A stretch of DNA of 40,002 nucleotides from Octopus bimaculoides (Eukaryota), in the NCBI RefSeq assembly GCF_001194135.2, contig NC_069005.1, forward strand, positions 7,863,434 to 7,903,435, read 5' to 3'. The position numbers and the translations under genes were made by a program. Below, piece by piece: positions 29,975 to 40,002 of this stretch (positions within the stretch are counted from its first letter, which is position 1; every line of letters begins with the position of its first letter). The notes below the pieces were generated by a model, which saw only the letters and a program-made list of their open reading frames with translations, made no database searches and was not told the DNA's origin.

Positions 29975-30400
29975 GATGTGAAAGGCACATTATGCTCTTA
30001 TGTGATGCCTGCCAAATTTACATTACAAGTGGATAAATCAACTCTACCAAGAAATGTGGCTTTACTTTTAGTTTATGTTAAGTTTATAAAAGAAGAGAAA
30101 ATAATTCAAGAGTTACTATTTGATTTACATTTGGCAACAGATGTAGAAGGAGAGTTGAAATTCTTGCTATGGATTTATATTTTTTAAATCATTATAATGA
30201 TTTTTTAGTTCCAATGAAAGGGAAGAAGCCAGGAAAAAGTCCTTTATTTTTACCATAAATATATCAGCTACTCTAATCCAACAAAATTATATGGCTTCCG
30301 CATAATGACACTACAATTTTTCGAGTGGCAATATTACACATGTGGAAAATATGCTATTTTATTCTAGCTCTTAAGAAGACATTGAAATAATTATTCATTA
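29975..30400 (+). mobile_element. hAT (Charlie/Buster-like) transposase fragment
   Basis: Translates FTLQVDKSTLPRNVALLLVYVKFIKEEKIIQELLF..L.T...GE, compared with the family motif FSLQLDESTD..N.A.LLV.VRF....I.EELLF. Confidence 0.8.
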
Positions 30401-30984
30401 TGATTATACAAATTCATTTTAGGAATGTTTTGAATGGTAATCATTAAATCCTACTTAAGAGTGCCATAATACTGCAATATACATCCTGAGAAAGCTTTTC
30501 ATATGGAGGCACAGGCATGACTGTGTGGTATGAAGTTTGCTTTCCAACCACATGATTGCAGGTTCAGTCCCACTATGTGGCACATTAGGCAACTGTCTTC
30601 TGCTATAGCCTTGGGCTAACCAATGGCTTGTGAATGGATTTGCTACCTGGAAACTGAGAGAAGCCTGTAGAAGCTTGCTTTCCAACCATATGATTCCAGG
30701 TTCAGTCCCACTGTGTGGAACCTTGGGCAAGTGCCTTCTTCTGTAGCCTCAGGCCGATCAAAGCCCTTTGAGTGGATTTGATGGACAAACACTGAAAGAA
30801 GTCTGTCGTGTATATATATAGATATATAGTTGCTTTCCAACCACATGGTTCTGGGTTCAGTCCCACTGCATAGGACCTTGAGTAGGTGTCTTCTACTAAA
30901 GCCTCAGGCTGACCAAAGCCTTATGCTAAGTAGTGGTCAGTCCAACACTCAGCCCCACGAAGAACATGAACACACTGCACATCT

Positions 30985-31320
30985 CATCTGTCAGGCACCC
31001 TTACAAGGACGTAATCCAGAATATGCCATTCTTTAGATTCAGGGTGCATCCATGTGGTCTTAAACTTATTCTTTTGTTGAAACATGGTATTAGTAACACA
31101 TAGACAAAGCTCTTCACTTATCTGCAGCAGAAGCATACCATTACTATTACACTTTCCCATCCCATGCTTTCCAATTACAGTCCATATGTTAAAATCCCTC
31201 CCCACTCTAGCATTAAAGTCACCAAGTACGATGACTTTGTCTGCCCGAGGGATATTTCTTATAATGCCCCTTCAAAGCATGATAGAAAGAAACTTTTTCG
31301 TCATCAGTAGAGCACATAGT
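30985..31320 (-). mobile_element. RTE-clade LINE AP-endonuclease fragment
   Basis: Translates GKHGMGKCNSNGMLLL...VTNTMFQQK...TTWMHPESKEWHILDYVLVR. Confidence 0.88.
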
Positions 31321-31639
31321 TGGAGCATACACACTCACTAAGGTCACATATTTTCCTTTAACCAAAGGAATTCTCATGGACATAAGATGCACACACTGTA
31401 ATAAAATGCTGTAGAATACGTCAAGGAAAATAATTCACACAAAAAAATGTCACAAGGAAAGCAGACAAAAATGTCAAAGGAAAACTTCGAAAAAGTTCAG
31501 ATTGTGTGTGTGTGCATGTCTGTTTTTTTACTCCATTTCAGAGGTGGAATAAAACGCTTTTTTTTTTTGTCACATGATTATTTCCATGATATACATTGTA
31601 TTGTCACTTTGTTAGCTTTAATAAAGCGACTTCTAATAT

Positions 31640-31905
31640 CATTTGTCGAATTTCTCTGTTATCACGTGGCTTTCGTTTTATTATATAGTTTTTAAATGAA
31701 TGCTGTATGAAATGGTGGTAGAGGAAGAAGAAATAAGCGGCGGTGGCGTAGGCGGTGGCAGTGGGGTTTCTGTGATGAAGAAAGTTTGGCTGTTGGAATT
31801 TTCGTTTTCTTTCTTCTACCACGTCATTCACAGCTGAAACATTTTTGAACACGTGGCCACGACCACGTTGTCGAAACAAAATTCCGGTAACTTCCGGTTG
31901 CCTCA
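31640..31905. promoter_or_regulatory. Orphan promoter-like island
   Basis: Locally CpG-enriched. Contains two ETS-type CCGGAA sites on the minus strand (ttccggtaacttccgg, about 31882-31897), two CACGTG E-boxes (about 31663 and 31850) and a CRE half-site ACGTCA (31821-31826). Confidence 0.45.
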
Positions 31906-32829
31906 ATATTTTTTTTCTTCTTTTGCATAATTTTATTTCATTTTAGTTTTATTTATTTTTTCTCACTCCGTTGTCTTGAGCACTGATTTCGTCAGACAGA
32001 ACTGAAATAACTTCTTACTAAAAATAGATATATTCCTCGCTACACCGATTCCTGTTTTTTTCCTTCACTCACCCACGAAATTACCACATTGGTTTTAAGG
32101 CTCAAAATGGCTATTTATTAAACTTGTTGATTTGTTTTAACGCATCGCCTGTTTGGACACAACCTTGGCTACTGCTTCTTTAGGCAAGTCTAACAATGAC
32201 TGCTTACCTCTGTCGAAAATAGATTTCACTTTCCTTTCTCATCCCACATTCTCGTGAGGATGGTAACCATTTCGTAGCTGGTTAAGATAAGACAGTCTCG
32301 GCATGGTTACTCGATGTGTTAAAAACAACAGCCAAATCACATCCTACTGCCTTTTATAAAGGAAAGGGTACATTGTATAATGGTACGTAATAAAAAAGAA
32401 AGAAAAAAGATGGGTTAATCTCTACTGGAATCAGGACCTCGGTTTCAAATTTTGGCACAAGCCTGGCAACTTCGAGTGGGGGGGATTAAATCGATTACAC
32501 CGACCCCAGTGCTTAACTGGTACTTATTTTATTAACTGCCAAAAGATGAAAGGTAAAGTTGATCTCGGCGGAATTTGAACTCAGAACGTATAGATGGACG
32601 AAATGCCGATGGACATTTTGCCTGGCGTGTGAACGATTCTGCCAGCTCGCCGCCTTATCCCTTAGAGAAATATTACGAGACGCAACAAGGCTGCCTTCGG
32701 GCCCTTTACCCCTTCTCAGAACTCGAAGAAGTTAAAATTAATGAAATTAAATCCAATACCATCTTATTCTTTGAATTTAGTGTTGGTGGAATATACACTT
32801 GGATATACTCTTTCGACTGAACACACTGG

Positions 32830-33205
32830 ACAGATGCTCGGGGACCTCACAGATGTAAGGGACCGATTCTAATCTATGTATGTTGTGACTTTCTGTTAGT
32901 GGCTATTGTCCCCACATGCTGTGACACCTCCCGCGGCAACCTGGTGTGTCCAGCTACCGGTCTAAGTTTGCTGCTCGTCAAGGCGAGAAGAGCAATCTGT
33001 CAAAGTATCGGTCGCTCTCTGACAGGTTTATTGTCGTCAAGCCTGTGGCAGTGGAGACTTCTGGCGTTCTCGGCTCTCGGACCAAATGGTGGAGATGGCT
33101 ATTCGCAAGTGTGAGTCCCGTGAATAAGAGTGGCTGTTCCAGTGCATATCCCTCGCTATCCTCCGGGGCAACGTATTTTCCATTTTGTCTGCTGGGACCT
33201 TGAGA
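32830..33205 (+). mobile_element. Second CRE-like retrotransposon C-terminal fragment
   Basis: Translates AARQGEKSNLSKYRSLSDRFIVVKPVAVETSGVLG followed by a degenerate RGN motif; same C-terminal region as the element at 9550-9800. Confidence 0.7.
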
Positions 33206-34179
33206 TGGTCTAAATTGCAGGAAATCGAGAGAATGCAAGAATCTCTAACTGGTTTGTTGTCTGTTTAGTGAGTTCTCTGAGAAGCAGGCTAAACATGCTG
33301 TTATCATTGTTTAAAAAATAAAAAGCTTGCTGCTGCTGCTTATTTAGATTGAAAGTGTAAAGGGTAGTTATAACTAGACTTGGTGGCAATTTAGATCCGT
33401 GTTTATTGCTACAATTGTACACCGTTTCATGAAAAGCGGACAGCATCAAATTATAAGAACGTCATATTCACGGGAGTTGAAAACTTAATGATCTAACTGA
33501 TCGGCACATTGCTACAAAAACGTATTGCGTTGATTTTCCATCATCTCCGAGTTGAAAATTAGCTGTGGTGAGAAAGTTGATTAAATCGATCTCAGAGATC
33601 AGATGGTACATATTTTATCGACTCTCCCAAAGAGAGGAAAGACAGGAGGTGATCTCTACAGCATTTGATCTCAGAACGTAAAAATCCAGGAGTCGATGTA
33701 ATCGACTAGTCCCCTCCCCCAAATTTCAGGCCTTGTGCCTATAGTAGAAAGGATTCTTATTATTATTATTATTATTACTATTCTGAGAGAGAAAGAAAGC
33801 GAAAGAGGGAGAGCGCGATGGGTGGGGTGAAGAGAGAGAAACTGCCTCTACTACTGAATCGGTAGATGGAAGGTAAAGTTGAACCCAGGGTACAGACGAT
33901 CGGAATGTCGCACTAACGTATAAATAGAATAAGCACACTTATACTATTTATTTATGTTGACTCGTAGATTCTTTGTTTTTCCATTAATTTCCGTTTAAAG
34001 CGGAAACAAAAATAGTCGTTGAGTTCAGTTTTTATCTTCTTCCTCCGTCTTCTCTGAATATTAGGCGGCGATTTGCAAACAATATTCTCTTTATTTAGAC
34101 CACCAAAAGATGTCTTATGAATTAGGGTTTCGTGTGTACAAGCCGAACAATTACTGGAAAGGTCTGGAAATAAAACTAT

Positions 34180-34460
34180 CATGATGGTAGTGGCGGTGGT
34201 GCTAGATGGAGTGGCGGCTTTAAATGAACGTTGAGATTGTGTTGGTGACTGTGAGAGTTGAGTGTGATAACAGTGACGGGAAGGGTGGTAGTGAAGGGTA
34301 CTGTCGTTGTGATGGTGGTGGTGGTAAATATGACGAAAGAGGTCGTGATGGCGGTGGTGGTCTCTATGATGCGAATAGCTGATGTGGTGATGAATGTGAA
34401 TGGTGGTTTTAATGAAGATGGTAGAAGGTGACGTGGATGATTGTGACGGTGGTTGTTAGA
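34180..34460. repeat. Degenerate (GGT/GAT)n trinucleotide tract
   Basis: Directly visible; accounts for the Thr-rich ORF 34179-34490. Confidence 0.9.
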
Positions 34461-34642
34461 ACGCGTCGGTTGGTGTATCCGAAGCTGCATAGTTAAAGCG
34501 TGTATGGATGTGTGTGTGCAGTTAAATGTCGTATCACAGGATAAATGTGACAGAGAACGAACGATGAGAGTTTATTTGTTACAGGTTTTAATGCGGTTCT
34601 TTTCTGTTCGGTTGCCAATTTTCAATCTATTCAATTCCTGCT

Positions 34643-34926
34643 CAGGCGATCTTTCGGTACTAGATCCCATAAATTCCGGTCGTTGTGTGCACGCATACTG
34701 ATTACATTATCGTATGGTGTGTTTATGTTTTTAAATGACTTGAAAATATGAAAAGACAACATTAAATAGAAAAAAACGAAAAAATGAATGGCCCACTATA
34801 CTCAAACTTTCTCCCCTCAGATTCATACAGTTCTCAAACTTTAAACACACTATACGATAATGTAATCAGTACGCATGCGCACAACGACCGGAAGTTATGG
34901 GATCTCGTACCGAAAGATCACACCTG
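34643..34926. mobile_element. Foldback MITE with ~83-85-bp TIRs
   Basis: 34643-34725 is a near-exact reverse complement of 34842-34926, with a ~116-nt spacer. Confidence 0.85.
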
Positions 34927-35525
34927 CTCGAATTGATTTCATTTTTGGTGTAATGACATGGTTTTATATGCTAATCTCTGCTTTGAAATTCATTTTCACA
35001 ATAAATCGGTAAGTAAATGCTTAACTGTACTTTGCACTGTAGAAGCGGTTGTGGCTGTGGAGAAATGTGCACAAGCGACGTATCACTGTCTTAATTCATG
35101 AAGGGATCTGCCTAAATAATGATATCTTTTCTCTTCGTCACAGCAAAGAAATATCTAAATATTAAATCTACTTTAGGATAAGTCTAGTACTCTATTTTAT
35201 CGACCCCAAAATGAAAAAAAGCAAAGTTGTCTTCAGCGGAATTTGTACTTAGAACATAAAGACCGTGTAGCAAGAATGTTTTATGTTTACGAACACAATT
35301 TATTGTTACATTAATATCTTTCACACTCGCTACAAGCGTAAGTAAATAACGTACGGTTTTTTGTCCTGTCAATGCATATCTTACTCTCTTGAAGTAAGAA
35401 CTATTAGAATAGGAATGTGGTTAACTTCACGTCAGCCATCAAAACGTCATTTACATTAGCATGATCAAAAATGTACCAATCGTGATCATTTAATTTTTTA
35501 TTCATACATGATGGTATATCTAGAC

Positions 35526-36377
35526 CAAGTGTTCTCAACCATTTAAAAAAAATCTATGGACCCCTGTGATTAATATTTTATTCTGGCGGTCTCCATAGGT
35601 ATTCAGTATTTAAAAACTAATTTTATAGACTTTTAAAATTCATATTTTGCTTTATATACATTAACTTTATAACGAAAATTATATACGACTTGAGATGAAA
35701 ACGAACTGGTAAGCGACGATTTGTTCTTCGTTATAAAATACAATGATTGCCATACATGAAATAAAATAAATATAACAGGTTACAGCTAGGATGTGTGAGA
35801 GACCTCGTGGTTAGGCTGGACTGTTGATCTTGTAGACGAAGTTGACGTACTGTTTGGTGGTGTGTAGAGGCAGACGTTGGTCTGTTGATCGTGTAGTGTT
35901 CATACAGCAACGATGTAGGCGGGTGTCTGGTGTAGATGAAAGCGAAGATTGGCTGGTGTTAGGTACATCGTTGTCAGAGACCTAGAGCAATAGAGAACTG
36001 TCGTTCTTATAGAGATTAGTGGGCTCCTAGAGCTGGTGATTAATTTCCCGTGTAAGGAAAAACAAACTGTCGCAAGAACATATGACCCGCTGGAACGAAA
36101 AGACTTGTGGAGCCGATATCCAGGTATTTAAGCCTAAACGACCGTAACGCAAACATTTACGTAAATCACTTCTGCTACAACTTGTATAGGTGGAACTATG
36201 TAAAATGTTAGAGAAAGAAACTTAGCTGTTTCTTACAAAACATACATCTGAAACAAAATTTTTTCAGGAACCCTTAAAATATTATTGTGGATCTCCAATT
36301 TACTATTTTGCTGTGTGAGTCCCCAAAGATCTTATATAGCCCCTCGGGGCCATATGGACGCCGGTTGAGAGCCATTG
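35526..36377. mobile_element. hAT-type non-autonomous element
   Basis: Termini caagtgttctcaacc / ggttgagagccattg; flanks atctagac and ttctaggc match at 6/8. Confidence 0.65.
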
Positions 36378-37676
36378 TTCTAGGCTAAAGACCGCCAAAT
36401 AATTACAAAACCCTAACCCTAACTCTAAAACCCAAACCTTAAAACCAATACAAACGCACGAACGATGTCATAAATAACAGTGACAAACGAAATATATCAC
36501 CATTTTGTACTGTTGCATGATCTTTAGAAGTAAAAATTGGTCATCAGAGTTATTTATGTTGAAGTTGAGGGTGTCGGAAACATAGCCAGGTGGCAGGTAT
36601 TTTCTTTTTTCAAGAAGATTTTCTTTTAACTTTGACCTGATTATAAATGAGATTGCGGCTCTTTTTTAAAACGGGGGCCACATTTTTCATTAACGAAACA
36701 CTTTGAAACTTGGAACACTGGTAGAATGTGTCATATAAAACATCTTTTTATCTTAGTCTTCTTAAAAAAAAAAAGAAATCCCTAAGTTATTCCATGTGAA
36801 AGTTGTCGTATTTCTNNNNNNNNNNNNNNNNNNNNNNNNNNNNNNNNNNNNNNNNNNNNNNNNNNNNNNNNNNNNNNNNNNNNNNNNNNNNNNNNNNNNN
36901 NNNNNNNNNNNNNNNNNNNNNNNNNNNNNNNNNNNNNNNNNNNNNNNNNNNNNNNNNNNNNNNNNNNNNNNNNNNNNNNNNNNNNNNNNNNNNNNNNNNN
37001 NNNNNNNNNNNNNNNNNNNNNNNNNNNNNNNNNNNNNNNNNNNNNNNNNNNNNNNNNNNNNNNNNNNNNNNNNNNNNNNNNNNNNNNNNNNNNNNNNNNN
37101 NNNNNNNNNNNNNNNNNNNNNNNNNNNNNNNNNNNNNNNNNNNNNNNNNNNNNNNNNNNNNNNNNNNNNNNNNNNNNNNNNNNNNNNNNNNNNNNNNNNN
37201 NNNNNNNNNNNNNNNNNNNNNNNNNNNNNNNNNNNNNNNNNNNNNNNNNNNNNNNNNNNNNNNNNNNNNNNNNNNNNNNNNNNNNNNNNNNNNNNNNNNN
37301 NNNNNNNNNNNNNNNNNNNNNNNNNNNNNNNNNNNNNNNNNNNNNNNNNNNNNNNNTATATATATATATATGTATATGTGTTTGTGTTTGTCCCCCCAAC
37401 ATCGCTCGACAAACGATGCTGGTGTGTTTACGTCCCCGTAAATTAGCGGTTCGGCAAAAAGAGACCGGTAGAATAAGTACTAGGCTTCCAGAGAATGAGT
37501 CCTGGGGTCGATTTGCTCGACTAAAGGCGGTGCTCCAGCATGGCCACAGTCAAAAAGACTGAAACAAATAAAAGAGTATTAGCAATCAATATTCTTTTCT
37601 CTGTTGGATTCCTAGTAAAATTTCTTCCAACACTAATGTCTAATTTGATCATTTTCAATTTTGAAAAAATATCTAA

Positions 37677-38018
37677 AACGAGGTAAAATGACTAATCAAT
37701 TATTTCAATAATTTCTTCTCTTTAACTACACGGTGCTGAATGTATCATGAAGGGAACCACTCGAGCAGATCGTGAAGAAGCTATTGAGAATATTTTATGC
37801 TGTTTTTATCTTTGTATTTAGTTGAGTTCCATTAATTTCATATCGTCTGCCATTTTCCCTTGACCCTCTTTCAATTTTACAAGATGTTTTAAATCTTTGT
37901 TGCATTTAAAATTGTTCTGACGTCTAAGAATGGATATTGATGCGTATAAGTCTTTTCCCAAATGTAATCCAGAATTGAAGAGGCAGGTTCATCTTATCGC
38001 ACTCATTTTGCCCCAGCT
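37677..38018 (+). mobile_element. Second, more diverged copy of the pogo-like MITE
   Basis: Colinear with the reverse complement of 10491-10835 (gcagatcgtgaagaagctattgagaatatt... ending cactcattttgccccagct). Confidence 0.8.
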
Positions 38019-38574
38019 AAATTTTTCTTCTATATGCTCAAAGAGAACGGTGGTAATTGTCTGAAATGTTCTAAATATATTATAGTGTTTTTAATTCATT
38101 TAGCGAAGGTCATTTGCTCAGCTGATTTGGTTTTGTAAGGTTGTGACCATATTTAAAAAATATATTTTCTCTCAGTCAAAAATTCAGTAAAAACTCCTCA
38201 TCGCCCCCCCCCCCACCGTCTCCATTTTCAGAAGGTTATGAGGAGACAAAGTCTGTAGCGGGAGTGTGGTGGTGGTGGTGGGGGTCACACTTTTGCATTA
38301 ATTCTTTCGAAGATTTTGACTTTAATTGAATATATTTTACATAAAAGCTAGCATTCAAAGAGAGAGAGAGAGAGAGAGAAAAAACTATTTGAATTAAAAT
38401 CTTTTTATCATTCTGCCGTCAGCAAAGCGACAGGCATCGAACTAATAGTAAATTAATGTAAATATATACACAATACGAACACATATCTATCTGAACACAC
38501 AAACTTTGTTGTCTCAATTGCTCATTTAAGTTCCGCCGATGTCTCTGACTTGCTATGTACAAATATATTTGTCT

Positions 38575-38925
38575 GTCGGTATGTATGTATGTATTTATGC
38601 ATACATGTAGGTGTGTGTATGTATGAATGAATGTATGTATGTGTTTGTCTATATATGCGTATGTGTCTGCCTGTGTGTATATGTATGTTTGTGTATGTGT
38701 CTATATATGTATGTATAATGAGTATAGTGTGTGTATGTATGTATAATGAGCATAATATGTGTATGTATGTATGTACAATGAGTAGATATGTGTTTGCCTG
38801 TATGTATGTTTGTGTGTATGTATGTATGTACAATGAGTAGATATGTGTTTGCCTGTATGTATGTATGTATGTTTGTGTGTATGTCTATGTATGTATGTAT
38901 TTATGTATGTATGTATGTACGTATT
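38575..38925. repeat. (TATG)n/(TG)n compound microsatellite
   Basis: Directly visible; accounts for the HTY-rich ORFs at 38522-38946. Confidence 0.95.
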
Positions 38926-39524
38926 TAAGCTTATACTGTCCTCCATTCGCCAACGAAGCCATAAGATAAATTGCTTTAATTAACCAAATATAATCGGGGG
39001 AGTCGGTTTAACACGTCGACATGTCGGATCAGTGATATTGTTTCAATTCCCTTGAGAGACTGAATGTTAATCATCTCCAGTTTAATTTCTAGATTACGAA
39101 TATTTAACGTTTTATGAACGGTGAAAACAAGTTCGCTAAACAAGGAGAAAAAAAAAGCAAAAAAAAAAAACACTTGCTGAGGCAAAGAATTTTGCTGTAG
39201 AAGCATCCACGTCACAGAAAGTGACGTCTTCTTCCTTGCTATCCTCGCCCTATTTTCGACATGTACAAGATATGTATGCGTTTAAAGACGGGCGTAACTC
39301 CGGCGGATGTAAAGTGGTTTAATGCTATGCTGTCGTCTGGAGGCGCATCCCAACAGCATCGCATTGGGAATACCCATGTTTTTCACGTTCACAAGCATCT
39401 AAAATTCTATTTATCAATCTCAGATCTGGTCTTTTCTTTTACATACTTCCATCTGTAATAACTATAGAAATGTGCTCCTTACCACAGACTTTTTTCGTCT
39501 GAACTTTACTCTTTTTTTTACTCT

Positions 39525-39885
39525 CTTACTTGTTTCAGTCGTTTGACTGCGGCCATGCTGGAGCACGATCTTTAGTCGAGAAAATCGACCCCCAGGACTT
39601 ATTCTTTATAAACCTAGTACTTATTGTATCGGTCTTTTTGCCGAACCGCCAAGTTACGGGGACGTAAACACACCAGCATCGGTTGTCAAGCGATGGTGGG
39701 GGGACAAACACAGACACACAAACACACACACACACATATATATATACGACGGGTTTCTTTCAGTTTCCGTCTACCAAATCCACTCACAAGGCTTTGGTCG
39801 GCCCGAGGCTATAGTAGAAGACACTTGCCCAAGGTGCCATGCAGTGGAAATGAACCTGGAACCATGTGGTTGGTAAGCAAGCTAC
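39525..39885 (-). mobile_element. SINE family B copy
   Basis: Reverse complement of the 1833-2220 family. Confidence 0.9.
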
Positions 39886-40002
39886 TTTATTTCATTAAAT
39901 ATTGGCCATTAAGGCCTTACAAGGAGGGGACAAACAAGGACAGACAAACATATAAAGTAGCTGCAGGCTGGACACAGACATTAATGAGGTGAGGGTGATA
40001 AC

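Noticed and set aside
31604-31906. 100-aa minus-strand ORF
   Set aside because: UTR-like composition with no domain signature; reported only as part of the promoter-like island.
36408-36446. Telomere-like accctaaccctaac tract
   Set aside because: Only about two perfect units, then degenerate; such tracts are common within repeats.
39261-39458. 65-aa plus-strand ORF
   Set aside because: No motif or splice support; minus-strand frames are also interrupted.

Overview
AT-rich animal genomic scaffold from a draft assembly, with five N gaps (3033-3381, 5244-5551, 8417-9106, 13918-14564, 36816-37356). The SINE families and TA/CA microsatellites point to a coleoid cephalopod, most likely Octopus; this is inferred from repeat recognition. 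Two spliced genes sit head-to-head with only 310 bp between their ATGs. (1) Minus strand: a five-exon gene, join(12003..11839, 6970..6851, 5104..4970, 4743..4674, 4031..3781), 741 nt, 246 aa. The ORF track shows it only in fragments. I identify it as a Smac/DIABLO homologue, and its IAP-binding motif position reads N-T-P-I rather than A-V-P-I. (2) Plus strand: a five-exon prenylcysteine oxidase (PCYOX1/PCYOX1L family), join(12314..12395, 18339..18545, 19026..19203, 19920..20128, 21040..21809), 1446 nt, 481 aa, with a signal peptide, a GxGxxG FAD motif and C-terminal KGEL. The rest is mostly transposon-derived: a near-complete mariner, pogo- and hAT-type MITEs, long foldback elements, CRE/R4/RTE/CR1 LINE fragments, many SINEs and simple repeats. 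An orphan promoter-like island lies near 31.3-31.9 kb. Comparisons with human proteins are from memory and need confirming by alignment.
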